Position numbers and translations under genes: made by a program | NCBI GenBank assembly: GCA_000002445.1 | Contig: CM000208.1 | Span: 1,856,001-1,920,000, forward strand | Length of the DNA: 64,000 bases | Direction: 5' to 3' | Source: Trypanosoma brucei | Taxonomy: Eukaryota | In this document: positions 52,009 to 63,580 of the stretch, piece by piece | Layout: every line of letters starts with the position of its first letter | Numbering within the stretch: position 1 is the stretch's first letter | Notes under the pieces: model-generated | Told to the model about the DNA's origin: nothing | Database searches by the model: none | The model's input: the letters and a program-made list of their open reading frames with translations, nothing else

Positions 52009-53646
52009 TTTTCTGGGCGCCCAATTTCCTTACCCACCGGCTTCACCGAAACGGGAAAAAGGCACGTGTGGTGGATGGGTGTTTTGTCCACCTTCCTTCC
52101 AATGTGGCGAAAAAAGCTGTCGTTCTGCGTGGGAAGGGAGGGTCGCATTTTGGACCGACTGATATGCATGTGGAGGTGGATGGCGAGTCGTGACGCCCGA
52201 AAAGCGGTGATGGTTCTTCGGGAGTTGGAGAAGCGGCGTTTGGGGAACGCTGGGGTCTCCACCCGTTGCGGGAACGGATGGTTTGTGGCCTTCCTAAAGT
52301 GAACAAGCGGAGACCCTCATTGAGGGAATTCCTCTTGTGGCGGTAAAGCGCCTGGAGCGAGGCCGCGGCACAGAGGATATAGGATGATATAGGTTGGTTC
52401 ATTCGGTTGGAGGCCGCTGGTTCCCCCCTAAACTTGGAACTGCAGTTGTACATTTAAAAAGGAGGTCCCTGTCAAGCTTCACCGTGTCGAAAAGAGTTGC
52501 ATCAACACTGGAAGAGAAAAATGGTTTACGGCGCGCCGCCGCCGTCCTCGTTCGAGCCCTCAGCAAATGGACGAATGGGCAGGGAGAAAAGAATCAGGTT
52601 TACTAGTAGAAGGCGGTGCGGCCCACTAAGGCACCTTTTATCATCCGTACTCCGTTTCTTAGCGGTCGCCTGCTCATGAGAATCTCTTCTTTGGTGCAGC
52701 TTGTCCCTTCCTTCCCGCTAACAGCGGACTTGCCCACCTGGTGTATTCCGGCCTTTTATTGCTCACCCCCCTTTGCACCACATGAGGGGACAGTGTGAAA
52801 TCCTTACCCTTCGTTGGGGGCTCATGGATAAGGCACCAGCAGGCGAACGCGCGATGTAGATTCCAATTGTCAGTAAAACCGCACAGACCTACCAACGCGC
52901 GTCGGCTATTTGTCTGGGTCCGTGACATAAGCAACCCCTGAAGGGATGCAGCCCCACAATTGTCGACAATCGCATTTTTAGTCTTTGAAAGAAGAGAAAA
53001 CACTGAGGAGGGAAGTTGCAGTTTCAGCGACGGAAGCGACACCTCCCCAAGGGGAGATAAATACATCAAGTAAAGTGTTACTGTGTCGTCTATTTTATTT
53101 TTTTTACTCTGCCCCATGGCGATGCCTGCCACCTCAACGTGGTGCCAGGGTTCAGTACCCCGTCTCATCGGGGAAGCCAAGAGCCAGCAGCGTTCCTTTC
53201 ATCGGGAACAATGCTTTGCTCCGGCTACGGCATCATACAGCACAGGGATCAGCAGCGCCTTGCTGGGACACCGTTTTTCATTTGTCGGTCCCTGGGCACG
53301 TGCCATCAGCAGTATCAACCGCACTAAGATGCTGCTGTCCGGTGATGTGGAACTCCAAAAAAAAGGATTGCTAATTGACATCTTTGGGAGAGTCCGGGGT
53401 GAGGGGGGCTTCTCTCCCCATCTGCTGTATTCCGTTCAACTGAGGAGCTACAACAAAAAATTATAGAGGGTGTGTTAGGGTGAATAAAAAAAAGGGAGAC
53501 TCTGCCACAGTCGCCAGACCGATAGCACCTCAGGGCTCTACGGTGATGGCTGATGGCCGCGCCAGTGGGGGGAAACTCTCACGAAGGAACGAAGAAAATT
53601 CCGATTTTTTTTTTACTCTGCTGATGATTTTGCTCCGTCATTGCAC

Positions 53647-54375
53647 TTAATTGGCCCTTCGCGTCTTCAGCACGGCCTCCCGTCCCTGCCGCAACCTTTT
53701 TGCTTGGAGGTCTACTCCCCGCTTTTTGGACCTCAACCAAACGTCCTCTGCAGTAGGTGTTTTCTTAACTGACTGGACTCTCTTCATCGTTTGGAACTTC
53801 CGCGCCTTCCTTGACGTGAAGTCGATGGACCTCTCACGTACCTCATCAATGGTTAACAGTTTTCCCTCCAGCTCGGTTACCGCGGGTGCTGCGGGGGATA
53901 CGCCAGTGCGTGTCAATCCCACTCGCCGAACGACACCGGCTGTGTCCGCTCGTCCATCCCATATGCTCGTCAGAATCTCTAGATTATCGCTGTTGGTGAT
54001 GTCTGGTATGACGATTCCTTTGGAGGAGTTGAAATCATCTGCCTCACTTGTTTTCATGGCCTCGAGTATTTTGATACGCCCCGCAGTGGGATTGCGCATG
54101 GATTTCAGAGCCACAATTTCCTCGTCGTTCCGTTTTAGATATTGTTCCGTTAGCACCTGTGCCTCCTCGCGGGAGAACGCCAGTTTAGTCCGCCCCAAGG
54201 CCAAACATTGCTCGCGAAACCAGAAGAAGCGAGCCGCCTCCAGAGCTGCCTTTGCGTTCCGCTTTCCCTTCTGTTCACTAATTCGTTTCTCCCGCCGCGA
54301 CTGCCGCTGCAGTTGCCGCACCTTCCGACTCTTCGGATGCGTCACAACCACTTTGGCATTTCCTTTTCCCGCCAT
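53647..54375 (-). CDS. Translation machinery-associated protein 16 (TMA16)-like basic nucleolar/ribosome-associated protein. The start is set at Met8 of the ORF (MAGKGNAKVV...).
   Basis: N-terminus AKVVVTHPKSRKVRQLQRQSRREKRISEQKGKRNAKAALEAARFFWFREQ follows the TMA16 pattern (K.V.HP.SRKA.Q..R...K......WF). It is Lys/Arg-rich throughout. ATG at 54375 verified. Confidence 0.5.
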   Translation of the reverse strand: MAGKGNAKVVVTHPKSRKVRQLQRQSRREKRISEQKGKRNAKAALEAARFFWFREQCLALGRTKLAFSREEAQVLTEQYLKRNDEEIVALKSMRNPTAGRIKILEAMKTSEADDFNSSKGIVIPDITNSDNLEILTSIWDGRADTAGVVRRVGLTRTGVSPAAPAVTELEGKLLTIDEVRERSIDFTSRKARKFQTMKRVQSVKKTPTAEDVWLRSKKRGVDLQAKRLRQGREAVLKTRRAN

Positions 54376-55571
54376 GAGAGCCGTCTGCACACACAACCAC
54401 GGTGTTGCTTAATGAGAAATGAGGGGGAGGAGCCGCTGACGGCGTTTAAAAATTGTAAGGTCACTTAGGGCAAGAAAAGAGGGGTTGAGAAAGAGTCTGG
54501 TGCGGGTCACAGGGGGTTGTGTATGTGTATGTGTGTGTGTGCGCGTCAAATTGACAAATGCGTGTAACGATCAGACGGCCACTACGGGCGGGAAACGTGT
54601 GCAAATGGCCATAGCAAACACACACACAAAAAATTACCGCCTCCGATTTTGTATCAAAGGGGTGATAGCGATGACATACTATTAAAAAGCACGAAGGTCG
54701 AAGCCAGAAATTGGCCGCTCCTTGAACGTGTCTTTCACTTCCCCCTCCTTTGCGCCAACTGCATGGGTGAATGAACCCATAACGTAGAACTTTAAGTCTG
54801 CATCGGGAACCGGAGTGGTAATAGAGATGAAGAACACTTCCGCAGCCAGTCAACATGGACACGTTATTTTGCGCTTGTAGGAGCGGCGTTACACCAGCGT
54901 ACGCATCGCAACTTCAGTAGCTGGCTGCTCTCCCAAACGCCTCAGCGCTGTGTTTGAGGGTCGTATCAAAAGTCTTACGCAGATTCCAGCATTTCCTTTC
55001 CCCCTTTTTTCATTTAGTCTGCACCACCTTCCGCGGTGGAATATGGGCCGGACATGCGTAGGAAAGTTAACGCACCTCCCTACACACGGAGTTCAGTAGC
55101 TTGTACAACTGGCAGTGCATTTCGTTCGGCCCCAGTTCGTAGCAAGGCTACAACATCACCATCAGGGCACAGTAGCGGCACAAGGGGTGGACGTAATAGC
55201 GGAAAAACGATTAATACGCCACGGCGACTTCAGTAACATATGTACTACAGCTAGTAACGCTGAGGGTACTGGCGATCAGCGAAGATGATGCACATGCGAA
55301 AAGCGGGAGCATACATCTGGAAACCAACCAGCAGTAGCAGCACAAGGAAAGAGATCGAATAGAGAATGTACATACCTACGGAGGAACAACGCCTCCGGCA
55401 CAATGATCTTCTTATTTCAACATCAACTCTTCCTCCCATGCGTTGGATGCTTAGCTACCCTTTGTTTTGTATGCGCCTTCAACCTGTCAATCCACGTACA
55501 ACACCACCAGGTCAACTTATTTTCTTCCCTCGACCCCCCCTCCCCAAATCCTCTGTAGTATTTCTTTAATT

Positions 55572-57164
55572 TTAGTATTTAGTGTAAGTTAACCCTGGCG
55601 CCGCCTCCTTGCACTCGGTGCAGACAGCACCAATATCTTCGTTCCACCACTTTGGTTTCCGCTCATTGCACACTTCGCAAGGTTCAAACGCCTCTGTCTT
55701 CGGGGCCCGTTGCAGCCGGGGGGCTACGTGCTCGTCAAACGCTTTCGACCGCAAAACGTCAATGGAAAGTTCCTCATCGCCTAATTCCATAAGTCGGGCC
55801 CGTTGAAGGATCTCCTTGATGTCGTTGGAGTCTGTCACCTTCGAGTCGAGGCGCATGATCTCGTACAATGTGTTAGCATCATTTGCCGACTTGACTCGGA
55901 GAATCGAGCTACGGAAGCGCTCAACAACCGCAAGACAGAACTTTATGAGAAAATTGATGCCGCCATCAATAAATAAGTCCAAAAATACGAACAGATCCTT
56001 GAAACTCAGAACGTGGACGCACAGACCGGTGAGGATCTTTTGGAGATAGGTGTCTGGCCAGAACTTAAGGTCTTCAAGATGTTTTGCTACATCGGGGAAC
56101 TTTCTCTTCATAAAATGCTCAACGACCCAGGCACTGGTTGCAAAACCCACGGCCTCGGCTGCCCAATGCCCGGGAATGTATTCCTTTGAAACAAACCGGA
56201 GCACTGCCGCTGTCTCCTCCTCATTTAGCACCAAAAGGCAGATGCCGGCGAGGTAACTCATCGCCTGGCCATACGCCTTAAATTCATGAGACATGGCATT
56301 GAGGAAAGAAACAAACTTCTTCCGGTGATCGGGGTGGAAGAAGGTTCTGTCCGCATCCTTAATGATTACACGAACTGTCTCCTCATCTTCGTCATCGATT
56401 TCAATATACTGAACCGGTTGTCGGTAGAAGGACGCCTTCGTTACCCACCTCTCCAGCCTCCCACGCAGCCCACCTCGGTTCTCCTCAAGAAATCCACCGT
56501 TGAGATTCAACAGTGGACAAAGTGCTTCCACCTCCTCCTCCCAGAAAAGCGGCATGTCGAAGAACGGACCAGTAAAGTACTTGGGTTTACAGTATTTGAC
56601 CTGCTCAGTACGGGGCTTGTCGTTCGTTTTCTCTACGGGTTTTGCCGCCTGGCCGAACCCTTGGAAATTAGGTTTACCAGATGTCTGGCTTCCGGTCGAG
56701 TTCACAGGCGCTTCCCCAAACCCAAAGTTGACGGTGGCGGGGGATTGAGTCGGGAAGGCGGCACTGCAGAAACCAAATATGGACTTTGGTGGCTCTGTGG
56801 GCTGCGGTGGAGCGCTGGGCGGCTGTTTCTCCTGCTGTTTCGGCGCCAAGGTGGCTAAATGCTTGTAGTACGAACCCCAAACATCCTTATCGCCTTCGCC
56901 TGACCGCTCTTTAATTTCTCGCGCCCTTTTGTAGATGAGCTTCAACTCAGCATTGATGACGGCAGCGTTCTTCACTGCCCTTTCCTTGTCTTCGAAGAAG
57001 TTATCCGGTAGTGTCGTGTAGGATTGTGCGAATGATGCGAGCGCTGGGGCATAGCCCCCAAAGCCGTCAAAACACTTTTTCGCCTGTTCCATTTTGAGAC
57101 CAGTGGTTTCCGCGAACTCCTTAAGTGTCCGCGGTTTGTCGGCCTCTAAACCGTTGTTGATCAT
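55572..57164 (-). CDS. TBC-domain Rab GTPase-activating protein (530 aa) with a C-terminal Cys-rich zinc-finger-like tail
   Basis: C-terminal half resembles the second half of a TBC domain (...LSFKDLFVFLDLFIDGGINFLIKFCLAVVERF...). A CxxC...CxxC tail follows (CEVCNERKPKWWNEDIGAVCTECK). Family-level call. Confidence 0.5.
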   Translation of the reverse strand: MINNGLEADKPRTLKEFAETTGLKMEQAKKCFDGFGGYAPALASFAQSYTTLPDNFFEDKERAVKNAAVINAELKLIYKRAREIKERSGEGDKDVWGSYYKHLATLAPKQQEKQPPSAPPQPTEPPKSIFGFCSAAFPTQSPATVNFGFGEAPVNSTGSQTSGKPNFQGFGQAAKPVEKTNDKPRTEQVKYCKPKYFTGPFFDMPLFWEEEVEALCPLLNLNGGFLEENRGGLRGRLERWVTKASFYRQPVQYIEIDDEDEETVRVIIKDADRTFFHPDHRKKFVSFLNAMSHEFKAYGQAMSYLAGICLLVLNEEETAAVLRFVSKEYIPGHWAAEAVGFATSAWVVEHFMKRKFPDVAKHLEDLKFWPDTYLQKILTGLCVHVLSFKDLFVFLDLFIDGGINFLIKFCLAVVERFRSSILRVKSANDANTLYEIMRLDSKVTDSNDIKEILQRARLMELGDEELSIDVLRSKAFDEHVAPRLQRAPKTEAFEPCEVCNERKPKWWNEDIGAVCTECKEAAPGLTYTKY

Positions 57165-57688
57165 CTTTGTCTTACGTGTGGCCCCATTGATTACGTTTCG
57201 TGGGACGTGCCGCGGCGACAGGGGTCATGGAAAAAACAAACAAACAAACGGCAAATAGGATGTAGGTGGAGAATAATATTAGGTAAAAGAGACAGCAAGG
57301 AGTTTTTTTTTGTTCTTTCAGCTGGGGAGCCAGATCAATAGGTTGTTCCAGATGGTAAACGGTATGCATACCAAAACATCCCGGGATCCTTCTCTCTCTT
57401 TAATGTTCCCATCTATCCAATGGCAAGCTATGTAACATACACAGTGTGTTTCCCACAGTGAGAAGGGGTGGCTTGCATAGGAGCTGGGGGAAGGGTCGCA
57501 CAGACATATATACGTATATACATATGCACGATATGTGCACCCAGCTCTCCGTGCACATTCCTTCTTTCATCTACTCTTCCTTTCCCTTCCGTCCTCCAAC
57601 ACAGGTCCCTACAGCAGTCAAAGACGTGGTGCAACACAACCGAGGAGAACACGCACACGACACACAGCGTCGCTCAATCCCAACAACT

Positions 57689-59863
57689 TTAAAACATAAT
57701 GAGCCGTTTTATTTCTTTCAGTGGAAGCCGCCGACGCGACCAATCCGTGGTCCCCGGGACACTGTAGAACTTAAAGATAAGTGAATCCATCTGCTTATCG
57801 GTGAACGTCAACCCCATTCGTTCAGTCAGAGCCCTTTTGAAATCTTCCATGGCAAGGTTGCCATCATAACTGGCGTTTGCTTCTTGCTGAAATGCGCGGA
57901 TGAGAAGTGTTCGACGTGCCTCGACGCACGAGATGAGGTTCCTCAGTGCCTCATGCGCTTCCTTCTCCCGATTCTTGTACGCTTCAAGGTCTTGTTGCGA
58001 TCGAAGGGGCCCACTAACGTTGGGGAGACCGTTATCTTTAGTTTGGGAGAAGTCCGAGAGGAACTGCTGGCAGAGGAGATTCTCACAAAACTCTGTCATG
58101 GAAATTATTTGATCATTATCCTTATCCACACTCGCCATCACGCGGTCGAACTCGGCGGCATCCAACCGTCTGCCGCACTCTAAAAACAACCGTTTAAGAT
58201 CCTCACCAGTTAGTCCTTCTTCCCTCGATTTGAAGTGGCGAAAGGCGTCAGTGACGTTCGAGAACCGCTGAAAGATGACGTTCTTCACGTGCCCAATAAG
58301 TTCCTGTGTGGAAAAGTACGATTCATCCATGTGAGGGAAGCCCATTTCAATGTAGCGCTTTGTGCGCTCATCCATATCGATCAACTCGTATTCCGCACCC
58401 GCCAGTTTGACCTTCGCACCCACATATAACTTGCTGGGCTCGGGGATTTCAGCGACGGGGGAACGGGCAAAGCACTTGCCGCCGAGGTGGCCGCTGTTGT
58501 GAACAGGGATTTCATACATCCCCACAGTGTCATCTGCCAGGTAATAGCAAAAGAGAAACTTTCGACCTTCGTCTTCGTAACGATCGCTGACAAGGCGAGC
58601 CGCGAAGCGAAACACGTCGTTGCAGTAATGAATGAGTTTGAGACGATCTTTTTCTACCACTGTATCTTCAAAGGTCATGGTGGAGACTCCACGCGCTTCT
58701 TTCCGTGCTGTTGGTTTTGTTGGCTGCTTCGACGGTTTGACGGTGGGCATAAGGCTGTCCGACTCCGTTTTGGGCTTTGGAAAGGATGGCTGACCAACAC
58801 CTTTTGCTGCGTAGTAATCTCGCGTGAACTTATCGCAATCATATATATAAAACTCTCTAGTCATTAAGTTGATCGTCTGTCCTGTTTGCAAATCATCTTC
58901 CGTAATGTACTCAACTGGTCGTGTGAGCGGGACGTTCAGTGTCTCTGTCTCCTTTACTCTAGTAACGGGGTACTTGGGTATTTTTGTGCGGCGAATGAAC
59001 ACAGGGTTCGGGTCACGACCGTCGTTGCGGACACTCTCCACCATGACAGACATGGTCTTATCCGCGATATAGTACAGAAGTTTGAAAGCCCTCTGCTCCC
59101 AAGTTGCAGCAAAGCGCAACACTTCCCGGTCGTGTTCAAAGAAGTTTCGAGCGGTCTCCCGCTCCTCCGGTGTAAGGAGTGATACGTGAGTTCCCGCCGC
59201 GGTGGCAGCCATGACTTCCACATTGTGCCGTAGGTCCACATGCAGCTCATCCTTAGGGTTCCTTTGCACCAAAACACTCTGCTCGAAGGTGTCACTCGGA
59301 TAGTCAAGGGGCTCCGCCTGCGGTATGCCCATCGCCTCGCAGAATTCACGTGTGGCGCCGTCGCAGTCCACGATGTGATATTGCAAACCTCGTATGTTGA
59401 CCACAGAGCCTACGAACAGGGAACGAACACCGACACCATCAATTATGGTACGAGAGACTGTCAGTCCGCGACGGAGGCCGCTGTTCACAACGGCCGGTGT
59501 TTCATATACACTGATGGACCCATCCGAGAGATGGAGATACATCTTGACCTTTCGCACGCGCATTTTCTCTATCGAGCTCTCGTCCACACGCTCCACGTAA
59601 TATCCAAAGAAACGTAGAGCCTTATCGTCCAGTGACTTCCAATCCGGAAACTTGGCAAATATCTGCGCGGGCTGAAGCCCACCGCAACCATCACCTCCCT
59701 GCTTCTCGCTCCTTTTGCTGGACCCACTGGGGTCGAAAACTGTTCTTATGCCTTTTCGTATGGTGCATAACTGCGGGATCCCATTAGTTGGGGGTGGGTT
59801 AAGCTCAGGGAAACTAAACCCCGGAAGCTTGGGGAGTGCATCATAAATGGTCCGGTCCGTCAT
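57689..59863 (-). CDS. Rib72/EFHC1-like flagellar protofilament ribbon protein with DM10 domains and a C-terminal EF-hand (724 aa)
   Basis: Repeated DM10-like segments (...YHIVDCDGATREF..., ...FYIYDCDKFTRDYY..., ...YELIDMDERTKRY...). EF-hand loop DKDNDQIISMTEF near the C-terminus. Confidence 0.7.
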   Translation of the reverse strand: MTDRTIYDALPKLPGFSFPELNPPPTNGIPQLCTIRKGIRTVFDPSGSSKRSEKQGGDGCGGLQPAQIFAKFPDWKSLDDKALRFFGYYVERVDESSIEKMRVRKVKMYLHLSDGSISVYETPAVVNSGLRRGLTVSRTIIDGVGVRSLFVGSVVNIRGLQYHIVDCDGATREFCEAMGIPQAEPLDYPSDTFEQSVLVQRNPKDELHVDLRHNVEVMAATAAGTHVSLLTPEERETARNFFEHDREVLRFAATWEQRAFKLLYYIADKTMSVMVESVRNDGRDPNPVFIRRTKIPKYPVTRVKETETLNVPLTRPVEYITEDDLQTGQTINLMTREFYIYDCDKFTRDYYAAKGVGQPSFPKPKTESDSLMPTVKPSKQPTKPTARKEARGVSTMTFEDTVVEKDRLKLIHYCNDVFRFAARLVSDRYEDEGRKFLFCYYLADDTVGMYEIPVHNSGHLGGKCFARSPVAEIPEPSKLYVGAKVKLAGAEYELIDMDERTKRYIEMGFPHMDESYFSTQELIGHVKNVIFQRFSNVTDAFRHFKSREEGLTGEDLKRLFLECGRRLDAAEFDRVMASVDKDNDQIISMTEFCENLLCQQFLSDFSQTKDNGLPNVSGPLRSQQDLEAYKNREKEAHEALRNLISCVEARRTLLIRAFQQEANASYDGNLAMEDFKRALTERMGLTFTDKQMDSLIFKFYSVPGTTDWSRRRLPLKEIKRLIMF

Positions 59864-60035
59864 TAGTGTGGAAGCGCGCCGTTGCTCCTGCCGTCACTCA
59901 GCCCTTATAAATGCAGCATTGGGACAAAGCAAAATAAAGTGCAGACGATATAGGGGGTAAAATGGCACCGCTGGCACCATCAGTGAATTTGACAGCATGA
60001 CAAGAATTTATTGTGCATTACATGGGAGGGCGTCT

Positions 60036-60056
60036 TGTGTGTGTGTGTGTGTGTGT
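60036..60056. repeat. (TG)10 microsatellite. Similar (AC)n tracts occur at 22792-22809 and 28255-28273. A G16 homopolymer is at 60217-60232 and a G11 at 1349-1359.
   Basis: Read directly; all lie in intergenic/UTR sequence. Confidence 0.95.
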
Positions 60057-61549
60057 CGTACGTTAAGCGCGCCTGCGTTAAAACAGACGCACCCCACAGG
60101 TTGACTCACGATTGGACAGGTGTGGGAATATAAGAACACTTGTGCCTCATTTCCGAAGCCTCAGCTGTGAATGCCGGGGGTGGAAAAAAAAAAAGAAGAG
60201 GAAGCGATCGGGGTTTGGGGGGGGGGGGGGGGAACGGGACCGCAATCTGACAAATAATAATAGTAATAATAAATTGAAATAAACGATAATTGCAATATAC
60301 ATATGTAGCCGCGTGTCCTTTGGAGGGGGTGAAGCCGCTTCTCAAATAAATAAATGGTACTGTACCTCAATATAATGGCTCCCAGAATAAAAGTAAGGAC
60401 GAACTGGTGCTACCTCCCCTAATTCTTAAGGTCACAAACACCCAAAGTAGAAAAAGAGGAACGAGTGACACAGCGGAAAATTGCCCGCCCCATCCCGGTC
60501 GCACCAATGAATAAATAAGTAGAACAAGTAAATAAATAAAAAAAAATAAATAGATATGTATACGTGCCCATGCGCGTTCGTGAACGTTCGAATTGCGGCC
60601 TCACTGTCCGCATCCCGAACACAAGTTGCGAATTGACGCGCCACTGAGGTGCACACCACTCACACGAACACCGCTTACGGGATGTTGGGGTGGAGAACGG
60701 AAAAAAAAAAAGGGACCCCCCCGTTGTGCTCCACGGGCTCTGCGGAAACCAAATTAACTTAGCATCCGAATCAATAAGGAAAAGAAATATGACAAAACAC
60801 GTAAGTCCTTTGCAAGCCACCAAAGTAAATGATAAAGGAGTGGAACTCTCACCATATTGTATTGTAACGTTCCCGGAGAATAAATCTGTTGGCTCCTTCA
60901 GAAGGAAATGCCCCATTGATTGCGTCCCCCCTGCCTCTCCATATACCGCAGCGTGACGTTTATACGCCATCGAGTAATACTTACGTCAAAAAATAAAATA
61001 AAATAATAACGAACAAACGAACTCAAATATAATAGAACAAAACCAAACTAACAATACGCTTATGTACCCTCCTCTTAGACACACCCTGTCACACTGGTCC
61101 TCTCGAACTTGCCACATATTTGCATACTCCCGCAAACAAGGAGAAAACATAACCTGTTCTTGAAAAGTAGGAAGTAAAGCGTGCCAGAGGGAGGGGCATA
61201 AAAGGCAGAATAGGATCTCGCGCCCCCAACCCAAAGAAACCCTTCATCCCGCATTTTTTTCTACCTTCTTTTTCCTTTCTCCTTCTCAAATTATTATTAT
61301 TATTATTATGTGCATGTACATCTTATGCATGTATGTTTTTTTTCTCTTTCAACTCTTATTGTCCGCACGTGTACCTGCTCGTGTCCCCACGCTACGGAAC
61401 GTGCGGAATGTGCACGGGACCAGCCCATTTGTTTTGTAAGCCCTGCCAAACCCTCCTTCCAAATATTCGCACGATTGCCGTCTTTCCCTTTTTTTTTAAA
61501 AAAATTCTATCCCCATGTTGCATTTCTCAGGTCCATTACCCGATTTTGT

Positions 61550-63580
61550 TTATAGTTTGTGTCGCGCCGCCTTGTACAACGCACCCAATATTCCAGTGCG
61601 CAGCAGAACATAGAAGAGCACCAAGCACAACCACATGATCCAGTTTTCAGACTGCCCATCCTCCAGCCCATTCAGTTCCAGAACCTCTTTTCCGTTCGCT
61701 GGGATGTATCCGCAAAGACCGGAGGCATTAGTCTTCTCGTCACACTCAATCTCGTCAATGTGCTTCATTTCATTGCGAAGAACAAGAATATAAGCATGTC
61801 GAAAGAAGGAGAGCTTCTCCAAGAAGTACCAGTAAGGGCGCATGCGATCGGTGGTGGCGTACAGTCCTCCAACGAGAGTAAGCGGCAACAATACGATAGG
61901 GGCAAAGCCCGTAGCGCCGACGGAAGTACTGCAGGTCGCACTAAGTAAAAATCCCAAACTGGCCGCAACCTCGCTGAGGAGCGCAATGGCGGCATAGAAA
62001 GTGAAGAAGGCGCCCGCGCTTGCATAGAGGCCCACCATCCAATAAACAACTGCGCATTCGACAAGACAAAACAATAACCGATAGGGAGTTTCCACGATCG
62101 TCTTGGACAGCAAGTAGAGGAGTGGCGGGTATGAGCCAACTTGCTGTTCACGTATATATAACGCCTTGAAGTCATAAAAGCGGTGCATCATGGTATAGGT
62201 TTGTCCCATCGCACGGTTTATAACAACCATAAAAAGAACGCCTTCACGGTCCTGAATCCCCGTCATATCTGAACTGACACCGAAGAAAATAAGGCCAGCC
62301 ACCAATGAGAAGATCAATGATTGGAAAAGAGATGTGATAATGAAAGTGCGATTACGTATGAGTTCCGTGAAGTCACGGCGAACAAGCTCCGAAAACTGGC
62401 TCACAGCACTTCCCTTGAACCGTTGAATATACCCGTGGAGAAACTTGGCTGTGTCCGATGTCCATGGTTGATGATTCAGCTCTACAACCCTCGTGTGGAG
62501 CGTTCTCTTCCTTTTTACGTGCCTTTTCCACTGTTTGATGAGAACCTTCGCCTGCACTGAGTCCTGCATTAGTGTCATATAAAAGTCGGTTGGGGTATAT
62601 GTCTCAGGACAGACGTAACCAATCGATTCGAAGTATGCCACTGAATCTTCCATAGTCCCGTGGTACACGCACCGTCCAAGGACGAGCAGCATCAGATCAT
62701 CAAAGTGGTTGAGCACTCCTGCGGAGGGCTGATGAATGGTGTATATCACTGTGCGCCCTTTGCGGGCAATAGTGTTTAGAAGTTGCACTACCTTCGCTGA
62801 CGTGACATGATCCAACCCGGAAGTGGGTTCGTCCAGAAGCAGGATTTTCGGGTCACAAATAAGGTCCACTCCCATGCTACAACGTTTGCGTTCGCCCCCA
62901 GAAAGGCCAGCCACAAGACCTGGTGTCCCGACAGTCGTATCGCGGCAATGCTGAAGACCAAGCTCGTCCATTACGTCTGACACTTGTTGTTTGGTGGTTT
63001 CTGGATCTGGGTTACGCCTCACGCGGACAGAAAAGCGGAGGGACCGTTTCGGCGTTGAGATGTTTGAAAGCACATCATCTTGACCCACAAAACCCATCAC
63101 CTTGCGGTACTGATGCCTGTACTCCACATCCCCAAGCTGAATTTTCCCCTCAAGCTTACGGTCCTTGGAGGTTGCAAGATGGTCGGACAACGCGTGGAGG
63201 AACGTTGACTTCCCCGCACCGCTGGCACCCATAATAGCAAGGCAACGCGACGGGAGCGCGGTGCCGGTGAGATTGTGAAGGATTACCCTACCCTGCAGCG
63301 AGTAGGTTAGATTATGCCATGAAACCGGGACGGGAAATGGTGTTGTGCAGAAACTGTTGCCCACCATCGAAGCGTTGGGTTGTACGAACGATCCAAAGAA
63401 CTGAGTTATGTCACCTGTCTCCGGCACTTGCTCTTGCGGGTCGGCATTTCCGTACGGTTTGCCATCGTTGCAAATGTCTCCCTGGAGTTCCTCACTCACG
63501 CTGCTGGTTAGGGTGAATTCTTCTTCATCACGCACCTTTTTTCGAAAGCAGCGCATTCTTTCTTTTTGCGACAATGCCAA
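61550..63580 (-). CDS. ABCG-family (white-like) half ABC transporter (676 aa): N-terminal nucleotide-binding domain plus a C-terminal 6-TM domain
   Basis: Walker A LAIMGASGAGKSTFLHALS. ABC signature plus Walker B LSGGERKRCSMGVDLICDPKILLLDEPTSGLD. The NBD-then-TMD order and hydrophobic C-terminal half are typical of ABCG. Confidence 0.85.
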   Translation of the reverse strand: MALSQKERMRCFRKKVRDEEEFTLTSSVSEELQGDICNDGKPYGNADPQEQVPETGDITQFFGSFVQPNASMVGNSFCTTPFPVPVSWHNLTYSLQGRVILHNLTGTALPSRCLAIMGASGAGKSTFLHALSDHLATSKDRKLEGKIQLGDVEYRHQYRKVMGFVGQDDVLSNISTPKRSLRFSVRVRRNPDPETTKQQVSDVMDELGLQHCRDTTVGTPGLVAGLSGGERKRCSMGVDLICDPKILLLDEPTSGLDHVTSAKVVQLLNTIARKGRTVIYTIHQPSAGVLNHFDDLMLLVLGRCVYHGTMEDSVAYFESIGYVCPETYTPTDFYMTLMQDSVQAKVLIKQWKRHVKRKRTLHTRVVELNHQPWTSDTAKFLHGYIQRFKGSAVSQFSELVRRDFTELIRNRTFIITSLFQSLIFSLVAGLIFFGVSSDMTGIQDREGVLFMVVINRAMGQTYTMMHRFYDFKALYIREQQVGSYPPLLYLLSKTIVETPYRLLFCLVECAVVYWMVGLYASAGAFFTFYAAIALLSEVAASLGFLLSATCSTSVGATGFAPIVLLPLTLVGGLYATTDRMRPYWYFLEKLSFFRHAYILVLRNEMKHIDEIECDEKTNASGLCGYIPANGKEVLELNGLEDGQSENWIMWLCLVLFYVLLRTGILGALYKAARHKL

